Notes: generated by a model not told the origin, from the letters alone. A stretch of DNA of 64,000 nt from Candidatus Poriferihabitaceae bacterium (GCA_965214205.1 OZ243941.1:927154-991153); one strand, 5' to 3'; counted from the first letter of the stretch, positions 38,317 to 48,401 are shown. A program made the numbers and translations.

Positions 38317-39471
38317 CTAGTGCACGCGCAGGTTTTTAACGGTCAATGGCTGTACTATGTCGCCGGTATCGTTGCCCCACGCGTTTCGCTCATAAGTGAT
38401 GACCGCAGCCAGATCCGCGTCATTGAGCTGGGTGGAAAAGGCCTGCATCGCGGTGCCGGGTTTGCCGTTCATAACCATATCGATATGGCCTTCGAGGTCT
38501 TCAAGCGCCATCGGAGTGCCGACCAGTGAAGGGAATACTCCCTGAATGCCCTGACCATTCCCCTGGTGGCAGGCAACGCAGTAGGTTGCGTAAACCCCTT
38601 CCCCTCTTTCCATCAATTCGTCCATCCCCCATTCGCGGTCCGCGGAGTTCGCCGCCGCCTCGGCTTCGGCCAGTTGCGCCGTCACCCAGTCGTCATAGTC
38701 GCTTTGCGATCTCGCATCGACCACAATCGGCATGAAGCCGTGATCCCGGCCGCACAACTCGGCGCACTGTCCGCGGTAAATACCCTCTTCATCAATAATC
38801 ATCCACATTTCGTTGATGAATCCCGGAATCGCGTCCTTTTTGATCGCGAACGCAGGCAGCCACCAGGCGTGCAGCACATCGCTGGCGGTCAGCAGGATTC
38901 GCACTTTCTTGCCAGTTGGCAATACCACGTGCCGGTCGGTTTCCAGCAGGTAGTTTTCAACGCTGGCCGGGTCAATCCCGGAGTCCAGTTTCGCCGCTTC
39001 GCGGCTGTCCGCATGAAGGTTGCTGATGAACCGGATGCCGGACTCCAGGTATTCGTATTCCCATTTCCACTGGTGGCCGGTCACTTTGAGCGTGATTTCA
39101 GCGTCCTCGGTCTGTTCCATCACGATCAGGGTTTTCGCCGCGGGAATCGCCATCACGACCAGGATGATAAAGGGGACCACCGTCCAGGCAATTTCCGCCG
39201 TCATGCTTTCATGGAAAGTGGCGGGAGTGACGCCTCTCGATTTGCGGTGCCGGATGATACTGATGGTCATTGCGCCAAACACCACGACACCAATCCAGAA
39301 GCAGATCCACAGCACCATCATGTGCATGTCGAACACTCTTCGGCTGATTTCCGTGACTCCTTCGGTCAGATTTAGTTGCCAATCGGCTGAAGCGGTGGAG
39401 CTGAGCGTTGACAGGAGTATTGCGGACAGAATCGCAGACCTGAGAACGGACATTCGTTCAAATATTTTCAT
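38317..39471 (-). CDS. coxB: Cytochrome c oxidase subunit II with fused C-terminal cytochrome c
   Basis: DVLHAW, CuA motif CAELCGRDHGFM, C-terminal CVACH. Confidence 0.96.
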   Translation of the reverse strand: MKIFERMSVLRSAILSAILLSTLSSTASADWQLNLTEGVTEISRRVFDMHMMVLWICFWIGVVVFGAMTISIIRHRKSRGVTPATFHESMTAEIAWTVVPFIILVVMAIPAAKTLIVMEQTEDAEITLKVTGHQWKWEYEYLESGIRFISNLHADSREAAKLDSGIDPASVENYLLETDRHVVLPTGKKVRILLTASDVLHAWWLPAFAIKKDAIPGFINEMWMIIDEEGIYRGQCAELCGRDHGFMPIVVDARSQSDYDDWVTAQLAEAEAAANSADREWGMDELMERGEGVYATYCVACHQGNGQGIQGVFPSLVGTPMALEDLEGHIDMVMNGKPGTAMQAFSTQLNDADLAAVITYERNAWGNDTGDIVQPLTVKNLRVH

Positions 39472-39796
39472 TATGACTATGGGGCCTCACCGACAGTAAA
39501 GATAAACCGGATTGATAGCTACGATCATTGCCTTGTGCAGCATGAATTTTCCAGATAAGTGTATTTGATCAACGATAAGAAACATCCTTTTTTGGAGGTG
39601 TCGCTTCGAATGCGCCCGCGATTATATCAAATTATAACAGCCGTACAAATCTCACGGACAGATACATTTTGCTGACGAGGGCATTGCCCCGGCCTCACAA
39701 TCCTTGCTTGTCAACCGGTTTTCCTGATCCACAGTTTCCACAATGCGCCAATCAGTCCGGGAATGCCGACCAGTCGGGAAATACTTGCGGCTCCGG

Positions 39797-40036
39797 TCAT
39801 GAAGAGGTGGCGATCAGGTATTTCACGATACCCAGGATGGTCAGCAGGAATACCACCACGAAAATCAGACCCGCCGCGAAAAAATGCCAGAACTTTCCGC
39901 TTTCAAAATCCCGGATGCGATTGGCATTGGTCTGGACCCCGAAAAAGGACGCGAATACACTTTTCAAAATGGTGAAGAAAGTGACATCCCGGGGATCGGC
40001 GTCATTCTCTGTCGGCGGTTGATTATGGGTGCTCAT
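39797..40036 (-). CDS. DUF2970-like small membrane protein
   Basis: SVFASFFGVQ...R.RDF followed by a TM helix; typical cox neighbour. Confidence 0.78.
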   Translation of the reverse strand: MSTHNQPPTENDADPRDVTFFTILKSVFASFFGVQTNANRIRDFESGKFWHFFAAGLIFVVVFLLTILGIVKYLIATSS

Positions 40037-40056
40037 GGAATCAGGAAACCAGGCAA

Positions 40057-40974
40057 TCAGGCGTCCAGGACAAAGGCGCGGATAAAGATTCGCGCGTAAT
40101 GGTCAATCAGCAGGAACGCGAACAGGGCGCTTAAGTAAAAGATCGAATAGCCAAAGGTTTTCATCGCATGCTGATCGCCCGGCGAACGATAGAGCCGGAC
40201 CGAATAAAACACGAAACCGGCGCCGAGCGCCAGGGCGCCGGCCAGATAGATAGCGCCGCTCATCATGGTGACGAACGGCATGATCGTCACCACCACCAGC
40301 AAAATGGTATACAGCAGGACATGGAGCTTGGTATAGGCAATGCCGTGAGTGACCGGCAGCATCGGTATCTCTGCCCGGCTGTAGTCGTCGACACGCTTGA
40401 TCGCCAACGCCCAGAAATGGGGGGGTGTCCAGACAAATATAATCAGGAACAGCAACAGCGCTTCACCATGTAGCTCGCCGGTCACCGCGGTCCAGCCGAG
40501 TACCGGCGGCGCGGCCCCGGCCGCCCCGCCCAGCACGATATTCTGGGGCGTGCTGCGTTTCAGAAACATGGAATAAATTACTGCGTAACCGATCATCGAG
40601 GCCAGAGTCAGAACCGCGGTCAGCGCATTCACGAAACTTAGCAGAATCACCATCGACATCGCCGCCAGGGCCAACGCGAACGAAACCGCCTGCCGACCGC
40701 TGATACTGCCCTGCGGCAAGGGTCTGCTCCGGGTGCGGTCCATGCGGGCGTCAACTTCCTCATCCACCCAATGATTCAGGGCAGCCCCGGCCGAGGCGGC
40801 CAGCCCGATTCCGATCAGCCCCCAGAACCAGGCATTGAAAGGCACCATCCCTTCGGTGGAAAGAAACATGCCGGCCAGCGCGGTGAACAGGATCAGCAAC
40901 ACCACTTTCGGTTTGCACAGATCCAGATATTCCCTCCAGTCGAAGGGTCGGGGGAGAGCCTGTGTCAGCTTCAT
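40057..40974 (-). CDS. cyoE: Protoheme IX farnesyltransferase (heme o synthase)
   Basis: KPKVV, DARMDRTRSRP, LKRSTPQNIV.GG.AGA, WTPPHFWALA. Confidence 0.94.
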   Translation of the reverse strand: MKLTQALPRPFDWREYLDLCKPKVVLLILFTALAGMFLSTEGMVPFNAWFWGLIGIGLAASAGAALNHWVDEEVDARMDRTRSRPLPQGSISGRQAVSFALALAAMSMVILLSFVNALTAVLTLASMIGYAVIYSMFLKRSTPQNIVLGGAAGAAPPVLGWTAVTGELHGEALLLFLIIFVWTPPHFWALAIKRVDDYSRAEIPMLPVTHGIAYTKLHVLLYTILLVVVTIMPFVTMMSGAIYLAGALALGAGFVFYSVRLYRSPGDQHAMKTFGYSIFYLSALFAFLLIDHYARIFIRAFVLDA

Positions 40975-41145
40975 TGTGATCGGGTCGGGCCGGGAATCAG
41001 ATAAAATAGTTGCCGGATGGTCAGCCGGGGATCAGACAGAATAATTGCCGGATTTTATCAAAAAAGCGCGGACAATCCGGTTTATTTCGGTATCATTAGC
41101 CTGTCTGTCCGATTCAACATCAATTTACAACCCGAGCCTGAAAAC

Positions 41146-42075
41146 ATGTCAGAAACATTGCTGGTCAAGTCTGATCTGGATAGATCCGATAGCTGGCCCA
41201 ACGCGTTCCGGGATTTCGATATTGATCTCGTCGACTGGCAGGAGTTTGCCGACAAGGATGATATAGATTACGCTCTGGTCTGGCAACCGCCCCCCGGTTT
41301 TCTCGGACAGTTTCCAAACCTGAAAATCATCTTTTCGATCGGGGCGGGAATTGACCACCTGAAAGGTGAGAATGTCGTACCCACCGATGTTCCGGTTGTA
41401 CGGATGGTTGAAGAAGGGTTGACGGCGGGCATGGTGGAGTATGTTGTTTACCAGGCGCTGCATTTCCATCGACACATGCCGCAATATGAACAGGACAAAA
41501 TGAATCGCCGCTGGCATGAAATCCTGCAGACCCCGGCTCGCGACCGTACAGTCGGCATTCTGGGGATCGGGGTGTTGGGGCAGGCCGCGGCCGAATTTCT
41601 GCTGGCGCTGGATTTTAATGTCATCGGCTGGAGCCGGACCGAGAAAACCATACCGGGGGTCAGGAGTTATTTCGGTGATGATCAGTTGGACGCGATGCTG
41701 TCGATGAGCGACATACTGGTTTGCCTGTTACCCGGCACCGATCAGACCCGGGGCATTCTGAACGCGGACAATCTGGGTAAACTTCCCCGCGGCGCCTACC
41801 TGATCAATGCGGGCCGCGGCGCCTGTCAGGTCGAGGCGGACATCATCGCGGCCCTGGACCAGGGGCAGTTGGCCGGAGCCGCGCTCGATGTGTTTGAAGT
41901 CGAACCCTTGCCGGAAACCAGCCCGATCTGGGATCACCCGAAAATCCACTTTACCCCGCATGTCGCCAGCATGACGCTACCCGCATCCAGCGCCGCCCAT
42001 GTTTACAACAACATCAAACGGTTTCGCAATAACCTGCCGTTGACTCATGTTGCCGATATGGAGCGGGGCTATTGA
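41146..42075 (+). CDS. ghrA: Glyoxylate/hydroxypyruvate reductase A-like 2-hydroxyacid dehydrogenase
   Basis: GAGIDH, GILGIGVLG, INAGRG, LDVFEVEPL, TPHVAS; start placed at MSETLL. Confidence 0.82.
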   Translation: MSETLLVKSDLDRSDSWPNAFRDFDIDLVDWQEFADKDDIDYALVWQPPPGFLGQFPNLKIIFSIGAGIDHLKGENVVPTDVPVVRMVEEGLTAGMVEYVVYQALHFHRHMPQYEQDKMNRRWHEILQTPARDRTVGILGIGVLGQAAAEFLLALDFNVIGWSRTEKTIPGVRSYFGDDQLDAMLSMSDILVCLLPGTDQTRGILNADNLGKLPRGAYLINAGRGACQVEADIIAALDQGQLAGAALDVFEVEPLPETSPIWDHPKIHFTPHVASMTLPASSAAHVYNNIKRFRNNLPLTHVADMERGY

Positions 42076-42089
42076 TACAGGCCACATAA

Positions 42090-42671
42090 ATGTTTGGCGA
42101 CTCTGGTATACGGCAGCCAAATCGACTGGATGCGATCTGCAGGGAGACGGTTTCTCTGGGTTTTGACATGTCTTCTGACATCAAAACAGGAAATCTGCTT
42201 CGGTTTCTGGCGGGTGGCGTGCCAGGGGGCCGCATTCTGGAACTGGGTACTGGAACGGGCGTTTCCACCTGTTGGCTTTTGGACGGAATGGATGAACAGG
42301 CTGAATTAAGCAGTGTGGATATTGACAGTGCGGTACAACAAATCGCCCAAAAACATCTGGGCGATGACTCCAGAGTGACGTTTCATACAAATGATGCTTT
42401 AGAGCTGCTGCATGATATAGATGGTCAATCTGTCGACCTGCTCTTTGCAGATGCGTGGCCCGGGAAATTTGAAGGTCTGGATTTGGCGTTGTCGAAGTTG
42501 AGAGTCGGCGGGGTTTACGTTATTGATGACCTGCTTACCCAACCTAATTGGCCGCAAAATCATCAGCCCAATGTAGAGCGTCTGATCGAACGGCTGACAT
42601 CCAATCCAGTGCTTCAGACTTCACAACTGGATTGGTCCAGCGGCTTGCTTCTTGCCAGAAGAATCAACTGA
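42090..42671 (+). CDS. Class I SAM-dependent O-methyltransferase
   Basis: LELGTGTG, DLLFADAWPGK, GGVYVIDDL. Confidence 0.82.
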   Translation: MFGDSGIRQPNRLDAICRETVSLGFDMSSDIKTGNLLRFLAGGVPGGRILELGTGTGVSTCWLLDGMDEQAELSSVDIDSAVQQIAQKHLGDDSRVTFHTNDALELLHDIDGQSVDLLFADAWPGKFEGLDLALSKLRVGGVYVIDDLLTQPNWPQNHQPNVERLIERLTSNPVLQTSQLDWSSGLLLARRIN

Positions 42672-42706
42672 TAAATGAACAGGTTTGTGTCCCGGAAGAT
42701 GCGGGC

Positions 42707-42889
42707 TTATTGCCATGATTCCCGTTGGCGTCGTATATAAGCATCTGCGTTCTCGTCTACCCAAAGCTCCTTGCCGAGCCCCCGGAGTGACAACACCGGG
42801 TCCTGGATTTCCGTCGTCGATGTGGCGGCGTATCCCCGGATGTGCCAGTCAATGAGGCGCTGCCGGACGAGACGCAGAATATTTTTCAT
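42707..42889 (-). pseudogene. Small ORF resembling an orphan antitoxin C-terminus (possible remnant)
   Basis: C-terminal LRGLGKELW..ENADAYIRRQRESW resembles small proteins I recall upstream of PIN toxins; no partner gene follows. Confidence 0.35.
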
Positions 42890-42934
42890 GTCTTGAATTC
42901 TAGGATTCAGTTGAATTGATTCCGTGATATTCGA

Positions 42935-43222
42935 TCAGGTCTGCAACGCGCGAATCACGGCCGCAGGTTCTTTAGACAGGACTTGCAGCAATACTCGGGA
43001 AACGCCTGTTGGCGTTCGTCTGCCCTGCTCCCAATCTTGTAAAGTTCGCTGACTCAAACCAAATTGTAACGCAAATTGTTTTTGCGTCATGTGCATACTG
43101 GAACGAATCGCCGAAACATCAATATCATCAGGCACATGAACAACACAGCCATTCTCTTTGCCTTGAGCAAATTCCAGGGCTTCCAGCGCACCTTTAATAA
43201 TACTTTTGCCTGCTTCACTCAT
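42935..43222 (-). CDS. HigA-2-like Xre HTH antitoxin
   Basis: DVSAIR...MTQKQFA..FGLSQRTLQDWEQGRRTP; overlaps the upstream toxin gene. Confidence 0.85.
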   Translation of the reverse strand: MSEAGKSIIKGALEALEFAQGKENGCVVHVPDDIDVSAIRSSMHMTQKQFALQFGLSQRTLQDWEQGRRTPTGVSRVLLQVLSKEPAAVIRALQT

Positions 43223-43571
43223 TATACGATACCTCCGAATTTTTATAGTGTTTGACCATTGATTTTAAAACCCGTTTCAACGTATTTTTTTCATGCTGTG
43301 TTAAGTCCACTTTCTGATTTTTCGTGAATATTGACAGCAAAAATAATGGGATAGATTCGCCTGAATAAAAAGTAATGACACGATAACCACCACTTTTGCC
43401 AGCCCCGGGACGTGCAAAACGTACTTTTCTAGCTCCACCAGTTCCCGTTATTTCGTCGCCAGCCACAGGATTTTCAGCAAGATAACCAATTAACTCTCTT
43501 AACTCAGCATCAGATATTTTTGCCGCCTTGGCGCAACGGATGAATTCGGGTGTTTCGATGATTGTCTGCAT
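43215..43571 (-). CDS. RelE/HigB-2-family toxin
   Basis: IETPEF, NPVAGDEITGTGGARKVRF, GKSGGYRVI, FTKNQKVDLT; toxin-before-antitoxin order; AT-rich. Confidence 0.87.
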   Translation of the reverse strand: MQTIIETPEFIRCAKAAKISDAELRELIGYLAENPVAGDEITGTGGARKVRFARPGAGKSGGYRVITFYSGESIPLFLLSIFTKNQKVDLTQHEKNTLKRVLKSMVKHYKNSEVSYNE

Positions 43572-43577
43572 ACATTT

Positions 43578-43605
43578 ATTATACGGCATTGCCGTATTTT
43601 ATCAA
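43578..43605 (-). promoter_or_regulatory. Sigma70 promoter with palindromic operator for the TA operon (probably leaderless mRNA)
   Basis: Minus strand reads TTGATA-N16-TATAAT-N6-ATG; perfect palindrome ATACGGCA-T-TGCCGTAT at 43581-43597. Confidence 0.8.
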
Positions 43606-43647
43606 CAGGTCCTTTTCACAATTTGCAGAGTTGGTGAATGGCTCCGG

Positions 43648-44439
43648 TCAAGGCGCGTTCAGCCAGTGATCCGGGCCTCCCGCCTGCGGACGGAAAAAGC
43701 AGATCATGCGGCCGTCCGGTCCGGCCTCGGCGTTTTCTCCCCAGGGCGCTGTGCCATGCAACGCGAGGCGATGAACTACGAATGATTCTCCCGGCCGAGC
43801 ATGTATCAAAACCCGTCGGCACTGGCTGAATATGGTACGTCGGGCCTGTTTGTAGATTTCGGTGACATCCAGGTCGCCCCATTGCTCTGGCGGCAGTTTT
43901 TGCCAGGCTGCCCGGAAAGTGCGCCGGATGATTTCATGGGAGCCTTCCCAGACGACAAAAGGGGCGGCGTCGGAACTGAACGCCACCATAGGGATACCGA
44001 GAATAAACGCATGGTATTCGCGCAGGCGCCTGCGTCTGTCGGGCCCTTCCGGCAGCAGGCCATCGACATGGGCGGCGTCGCGCCTGAGTCGATAGCGGTG
44101 CGCTTGCTGTGTTTCCGCGGCGCCAGCCTGAGGGTAACCCGGATAGCAAACGGAAATCTGGCCGGGGTCCAGATCAAAATCGGTTATCCGCAGTGACTGC
44201 CGGATGAACTCCATCGCTGTTCCCGCCAGAGGGTCGGAGTCACCCACTTCGCCCAGCCCGGTATTTGGCATCACATTGACCCCGGCAAACCAGGTGTCAT
44301 TGCAACGCAGCCATTGACTGTTCCGTTTCGCTTTGACCTGCTCTCTGGCACAGGGCAGTACCTTGTCTACCCAGTCTTTTAGAACGGGATCAAAGCCAAT
44401 CAGGCGCCAACCGTTTTTATAAAAGAGGCGGGTGTTCAT
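43648..44439 (-). CDS. Hypothetical protein, PhyH-like Fe(II)/2OG dioxygenase fold
   Basis: AHVDG (HxD), VWEGSH, PGE...H...LHG..PW, final R; start placed at MNTRLF. Confidence 0.6.
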   Translation of the reverse strand: MNTRLFYKNGWRLIGFDPVLKDWVDKVLPCAREQVKAKRNSQWLRCNDTWFAGVNVMPNTGLGEVGDSDPLAGTAMEFIRQSLRITDFDLDPGQISVCYPGYPQAGAAETQQAHRYRLRRDAAHVDGLLPEGPDRRRRLREYHAFILGIPMVAFSSDAAPFVVWEGSHEIIRRTFRAAWQKLPPEQWGDLDVTEIYKQARRTIFSQCRRVLIHARPGESFVVHRLALHGTAPWGENAEAGPDGRMICFFRPQAGGPDHWLNAP

Positions 44440-44570
44440 GAAATTATGGCTTGTACAGAGAAATTGAATTTTAAGACGCTGTTCGGCCCTGTTCAATAAA
44501 GATGATATAGACAACCTGGAGTAATCGGCTTTAGAATTTGATTTATTCGCATCACTTTTGGAAATATGAC

Positions 44571-45710
44571 ATGAACAAGCCGATGATAGTGGCGCCGGAT
44601 GATCTGCCGGAGATTGGAAAATTCCACGACGATGCTGACCAGTCCTGGACCTTGCCTGGGGCCTATTACTACGACCCGGTGGTCTACGCGCGGGAAATGC
44701 GCGATATATTTGCCGATAGCTGGCAGTATGTCTGTCATCAAAGCGACCTGAGCAACCCCGGTGATTATGTGGTTCGCGATCTTGGCGATCAGAGTGTGTT
44801 GGTGGTGCGTGATCAGAACGGCGCGGTACAGGCGTATCATAATGTTTGCCGCCATCGCGCTCACCGGCTGCTCGAAGGTTGTGGCGGGACGGGCGCCCTG
44901 ATTGTTTGTCCGTATCATAACTGGACCTACAATCTCACGGGAGAGCTCAAATTCGCGCGACACAGCGATCAGATTGCCGGATTTGACTGTAACCAATTCG
45001 GTCTGAGCCCGGTGCGTGTGGAATCCTTCTGCGGATTCTGGTTCATTAACCTGAACGATCAGGCCGACTCCCTGGGGGATGGACTGGATGAACTGGAGTG
45101 GGAGATTCGGGAATTGAGTCCCGCTCTGGATAATCTCAAGCGGGCGAGCCGCCGGGAAATCAGGCTGGCGGCGAACTGGAAGAACTCGATGGAAAACTAT
45201 TCCGAGTGCTATCACTGTCCCAATCAGCATCCGGGTCTGGCGCAGGATTCGCTGGATATGGAGTCCTACCAGATCACCGTCTACGAGAAGTATCACAGTC
45301 ATGCCAGCCGCGGGTCCCGCGGCAGCGCCGCTCAGGCCGGCTCATCCGGCAATGATTCGGGGCGCGAATTTGGCAGTTGGCTGCTGTGGCCGAACTTTGT
45401 TGTCGAGGTCTATCCGGGGGGCTATCTGAATGTGTTTTATCATTTACCCGTCGGGGTGGAGGAAACCCTGCAAATCTGCGAATGGTATTTCCCGAACGAG
45501 ACGCCGACCAAGCAACAGCAACAGGTGATTGACTTCGTGGATCAGGTACGCGACGAGGATATCCCGCTGTGTGAAACCGTGCAAAAGGGATTACACAGCG
45601 TGGGCTATACGCAAGGCAGATTTGTCGCGAATCGAGATCGAAGCTGGTTTAGCGAGCATGGCGTGCATGATTTTCAGAAGAAGGTTCTGCGGGCTCTCGG
45701 CGCCTGGTGA
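44571..45710 (+). CDS. Rieske non-heme iron oxygenase alpha subunit (choline/carnitine monooxygenase-like)
   Basis: Rieske motif CRHR...CPYHNW; mononuclear Fe motif ENYSECYHCPNQH; EDIPLCETVQKGL. Confidence 0.85.
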   Translation: MNKPMIVAPDDLPEIGKFHDDADQSWTLPGAYYYDPVVYAREMRDIFADSWQYVCHQSDLSNPGDYVVRDLGDQSVLVVRDQNGAVQAYHNVCRHRAHRLLEGCGGTGALIVCPYHNWTYNLTGELKFARHSDQIAGFDCNQFGLSPVRVESFCGFWFINLNDQADSLGDGLDELEWEIRELSPALDNLKRASRREIRLAANWKNSMENYSECYHCPNQHPGLAQDSLDMESYQITVYEKYHSHASRGSRGSAAQAGSSGNDSGREFGSWLLWPNFVVEVYPGGYLNVFYHLPVGVEETLQICEWYFPNETPTKQQQQVIDFVDQVRDEDIPLCETVQKGLHSVGYTQGRFVANRDRSWFSEHGVHDFQKKVLRALGAW

Positions 45711-45873
45711 AAGAATCCAATCATGAGTTGGCAGCAGTATGAAAAGCCGGGCGAAATTTTTTGCTTCGCCTCTTTCCCGTGAAGTACGTCATGGAGCGGG
45801 AAAATTGAAGTTCAGACGCAATATAGATATTATAGTGCGTGAATCTAAAGAAACAGGATCGGGGCAAACAGTA

Positions 45874-46662
45874 ATGAAACAAAATTTCGGATGTGGCATC
45901 GTGCGGTTTCATGCGGTTATGGCGCTGTCGGCTTTTTTGTCGTTGACTTTCCTTGATCCCGCGAGCGCCGGGGAGGACGATGTTGTGTCCGCTCAAAGCG
46001 GAGTCTACGCAGGCGTCTTTGCCGCCCGCAGCCGAATCAGCAACCGGATTGTTGATGTTGACGGTTTTGCGAATTGGGGGCAGAGCGGATGGGCCGTCGA
46101 TTACGACAATTCCGGTTCTGCCGGTGGCGTATTGATTGGCAAGAGGTACGAGCAGGGCGGCGTGTCGCTCAGGACTGAAATCGATATGATGTCAGGCGGT
46201 ATATCGGCGACATCGAACAGACTGGACCCGGAAGGTCTGGACGAAACGGTCAAGGCGGAGTTTCGATCCATCGTAACGGCGCGTATGGGAATTGAGCGCT
46301 CTTTCGGTCCGGTTGCGGTATTCGTCTCAGGCGGACTGGCGATTGCCCGGATTGAGAATTCGGTTACCGACATCGATTTTGGCCCGAACATGACGACACG
46401 GGTTGATCCTGACGATTCTTTCCGCAGCAGTTCAATGAAAGGCGGCTGGGTGGTGGGTCTCGGCGCCGAGACGCCGTTGTCCGATGCCTGGACGTTGCGG
46501 CTCGAGGGATTGCAGATGGATTTCGGGCGGGGCGCCCATTACGTCAATCGCTCCGGCAATAACCGATGCGGGCCGGGGTTGCCGCAAAGGTCGTGCCCCT
46601 ACAAGGTCGAGAACAAGGCCGGTATCTTCAGGCTGGCAGTCATCTATCGATTTGGTGGTTGA
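45874..46662 (+). CDS. Outer membrane beta-barrel protein (Omp25/RopB-like)
   Basis: Signal peptide, GVYAG, SGGLAIA, GWVVGLGAE, C-terminal VIYRF. Confidence 0.75.
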   Translation: MKQNFGCGIVRFHAVMALSAFLSLTFLDPASAGEDDVVSAQSGVYAGVFAARSRISNRIVDVDGFANWGQSGWAVDYDNSGSAGGVLIGKRYEQGGVSLRTEIDMMSGGISATSNRLDPEGLDETVKAEFRSIVTARMGIERSFGPVAVFVSGGLAIARIENSVTDIDFGPNMTTRVDPDDSFRSSSMKGGWVVGLGAETPLSDAWTLRLEGLQMDFGRGAHYVNRSGNNRCGPGLPQRSCPYKVENKAGIFRLAVIYRFGG

Positions 46663-46777
46663 TGAAGCCCGGAATATCCGGGTAATACCGTGACGAATCC
46701 TTCAAAAAACGGACTATTTCAGCGTCGAATTACGCAGTACAGGGCATAGATTGGTTTATCGGGTTCGTGATCTCGGA

Positions 46778-47626
46778 TCAGGCCTGGCAAATAAATGAGA
46801 CGGTTCGGATGCGGCGTTGACGGAGATTACGTATCTGATTTTCGATCATTTCCGGGAAGTCATCGCCGACAACGACCTGCAACGAGACTGGCGCCGCCGG
46901 ACGCGCGGAGCGGGTGGCTGGCTCGGTTCTCTGCGCGGTTTTCTCTGCCATTTTCTCAAACCAGCTCTGGCTCTGTTCGGTGGAATCCGTGACTTCGAGC
47001 AATCTGAACCCGGCCTGTGCAAGCAGGTTCGTCATCTGCTCAATCGTTACCAGATGACTGATATGTGAATCCCGTGCCCACGCGACCGGGTACAATACCT
47101 CGCCGCCTTCTCCCTGGAGCACATCATAAATCGCGAAAATACCGCCGCGCCGGATGACTCTTTTCGCTTCGGCGTATAGCCTGTCTTTGGCCTTGATATT
47201 CATGGCCGCATGGATGGTCATGGCCGCATCGAACTGATCTCCCCGGAACGGCAGGCAAGTCGCGTCTCTCTGCTGGAAGTCCACCCGGTCTGACAGCCCG
47301 ATCCACCCGGACATTATGGTTGCGGCGTGACAAAATGCGGGGGTCAGGTCAATGCCGGTCACCCTGCAACCATACACTTCGGCCAGACACCGGGCAGGCC
47401 CGCCCAGCCCGCTGCCGATATCCAACACGTGACTGTCCATCGACAGGTTCATCCGCGCCACCAGTTCCAGGGTCGCGCCGCGTCCACGGATATGGAACTC
47501 ATCGAAGGCGGCCAGATCGCGGGTGGTCAGTTGCGCCAGATTTTTCCCGCTTTCCTCCAGAGCGCCCGCGATCAGACCAGGCAGGGTTTCACCATCGCCA
47601 TAGTGCGCTATTACCGGGTTGTGCAT
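46778..47626 (-). CDS. Class I SAM-dependent methyltransferase (sarcosine/dimethylglycine N-methyltransferase-like)
   Basis: DEFHIRG, VLDIGSGLGGPAR, VTGIDLT, GGIFAIYD; substrate unknown. Confidence 0.78.
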   Translation of the reverse strand: MHNPVIAHYGDGETLPGLIAGALEESGKNLAQLTTRDLAAFDEFHIRGRGATLELVARMNLSMDSHVLDIGSGLGGPARCLAEVYGCRVTGIDLTPAFCHAATIMSGWIGLSDRVDFQQRDATCLPFRGDQFDAAMTIHAAMNIKAKDRLYAEAKRVIRRGGIFAIYDVLQGEGGEVLYPVAWARDSHISHLVTIEQMTNLLAQAGFRLLEVTDSTEQSQSWFEKMAEKTAQRTEPATRSARPAAPVSLQVVVGDDFPEMIENQIRNLRQRRIRTVSFICQA

Positions 47627-47704
47627 CGTCGATATTACGGCCAGTCAACTCTTGTTGGGTTACTCAACCCGTGGGCAGAGGGTTGTCCGCCAGGTCATCC
47701 GGTA

Positions 47705-48226
47705 TCAGGCGAGATCAATTTTCACCGGTACTGCCCGGGTCAGTGTATGGCCCACCGGAGAGGTGGAGGTCACTTTTTCGTGTAACTCCTGAAGCGCTTC
47801 CGGTGAGGCGTCACTGTCGATATCCACTGTGACCGAGATATTGTCATAGCCGGCATTTCCATCCTTCAATCCAAGAAAGGTATGCAGGTCCAGGTCGCCT
47901 TCGAGCTTGATTGTGATATCCTTGACCGTGATTCCGGCGGCGGTAGCATTGGCGGCGTAACCGACTGCCAGGCAGTTGCCCAGTGCCCCGAGAACCTGCT
48001 CCACCGGATTGGGTCCAGTATCCGTGCCGCCCAGCGCGCCCGGTTCATCCGATACCTGGGGATCGAATCCGCGTATTTTGGCCTCGGAGCGAAACCCTCC
48101 GTTCCACTTGACTTCCGCGTTCCATTTTGTTGCCGCGACTTCGGGCTGGCTCTGAATTTTTTCAGCCAGGCTGGCAACAGCCGAGATCTGAACATCGTTC
48201 AGGTTTACTGTAGCGGTGTTTGACAT
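47705..48226 (-). CDS. OsmC-family protein
   Basis: SDEP..LGGTDTGPNPVE..LGALGNC, LEGDLDL..FLG, TSPV; start placed at MSNTAT. Confidence 0.85.
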   Translation of the reverse strand: MSNTATVNLNDVQISAVASLAEKIQSQPEVAATKWNAEVKWNGGFRSEAKIRGFDPQVSDEPGALGGTDTGPNPVEQVLGALGNCLAVGYAANATAAGITVKDITIKLEGDLDLHTFLGLKDGNAGYDNISVTVDIDSDASPEALQELHEKVTSTSPVGHTLTRAVPVKIDLA

Positions 48227-48401
48227 GTCGTAAGGCCTCCGGGCGAATGATATTGTTACAGAATTGTAGTATTCAGGAGGATACAAGTAAACCGGAGGTG
48301 AATCCACTGCCCAATCCTCCCCGTGGATGTCTCCAGATGAACAATACTGTTACCGGATTGTGCGGATCTCCAACTCCCCGCCCCGACCCTGAAATTGATA
48401 C

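Noticed and set aside
39566-39579. FNR box upstream of coxB (TTGATCAACGATAA)
   Set aside because: Only one half-site matches TTGAT-N4-ATCAA, which is too weak to call.
48294-48334. Glycine-riboswitch-like hairpin in the osmC leader
   Set aside because: A stem (ATCCAC/GTGGAT) exists, but the conserved GAAG and CUCUCAGG elements are absent.
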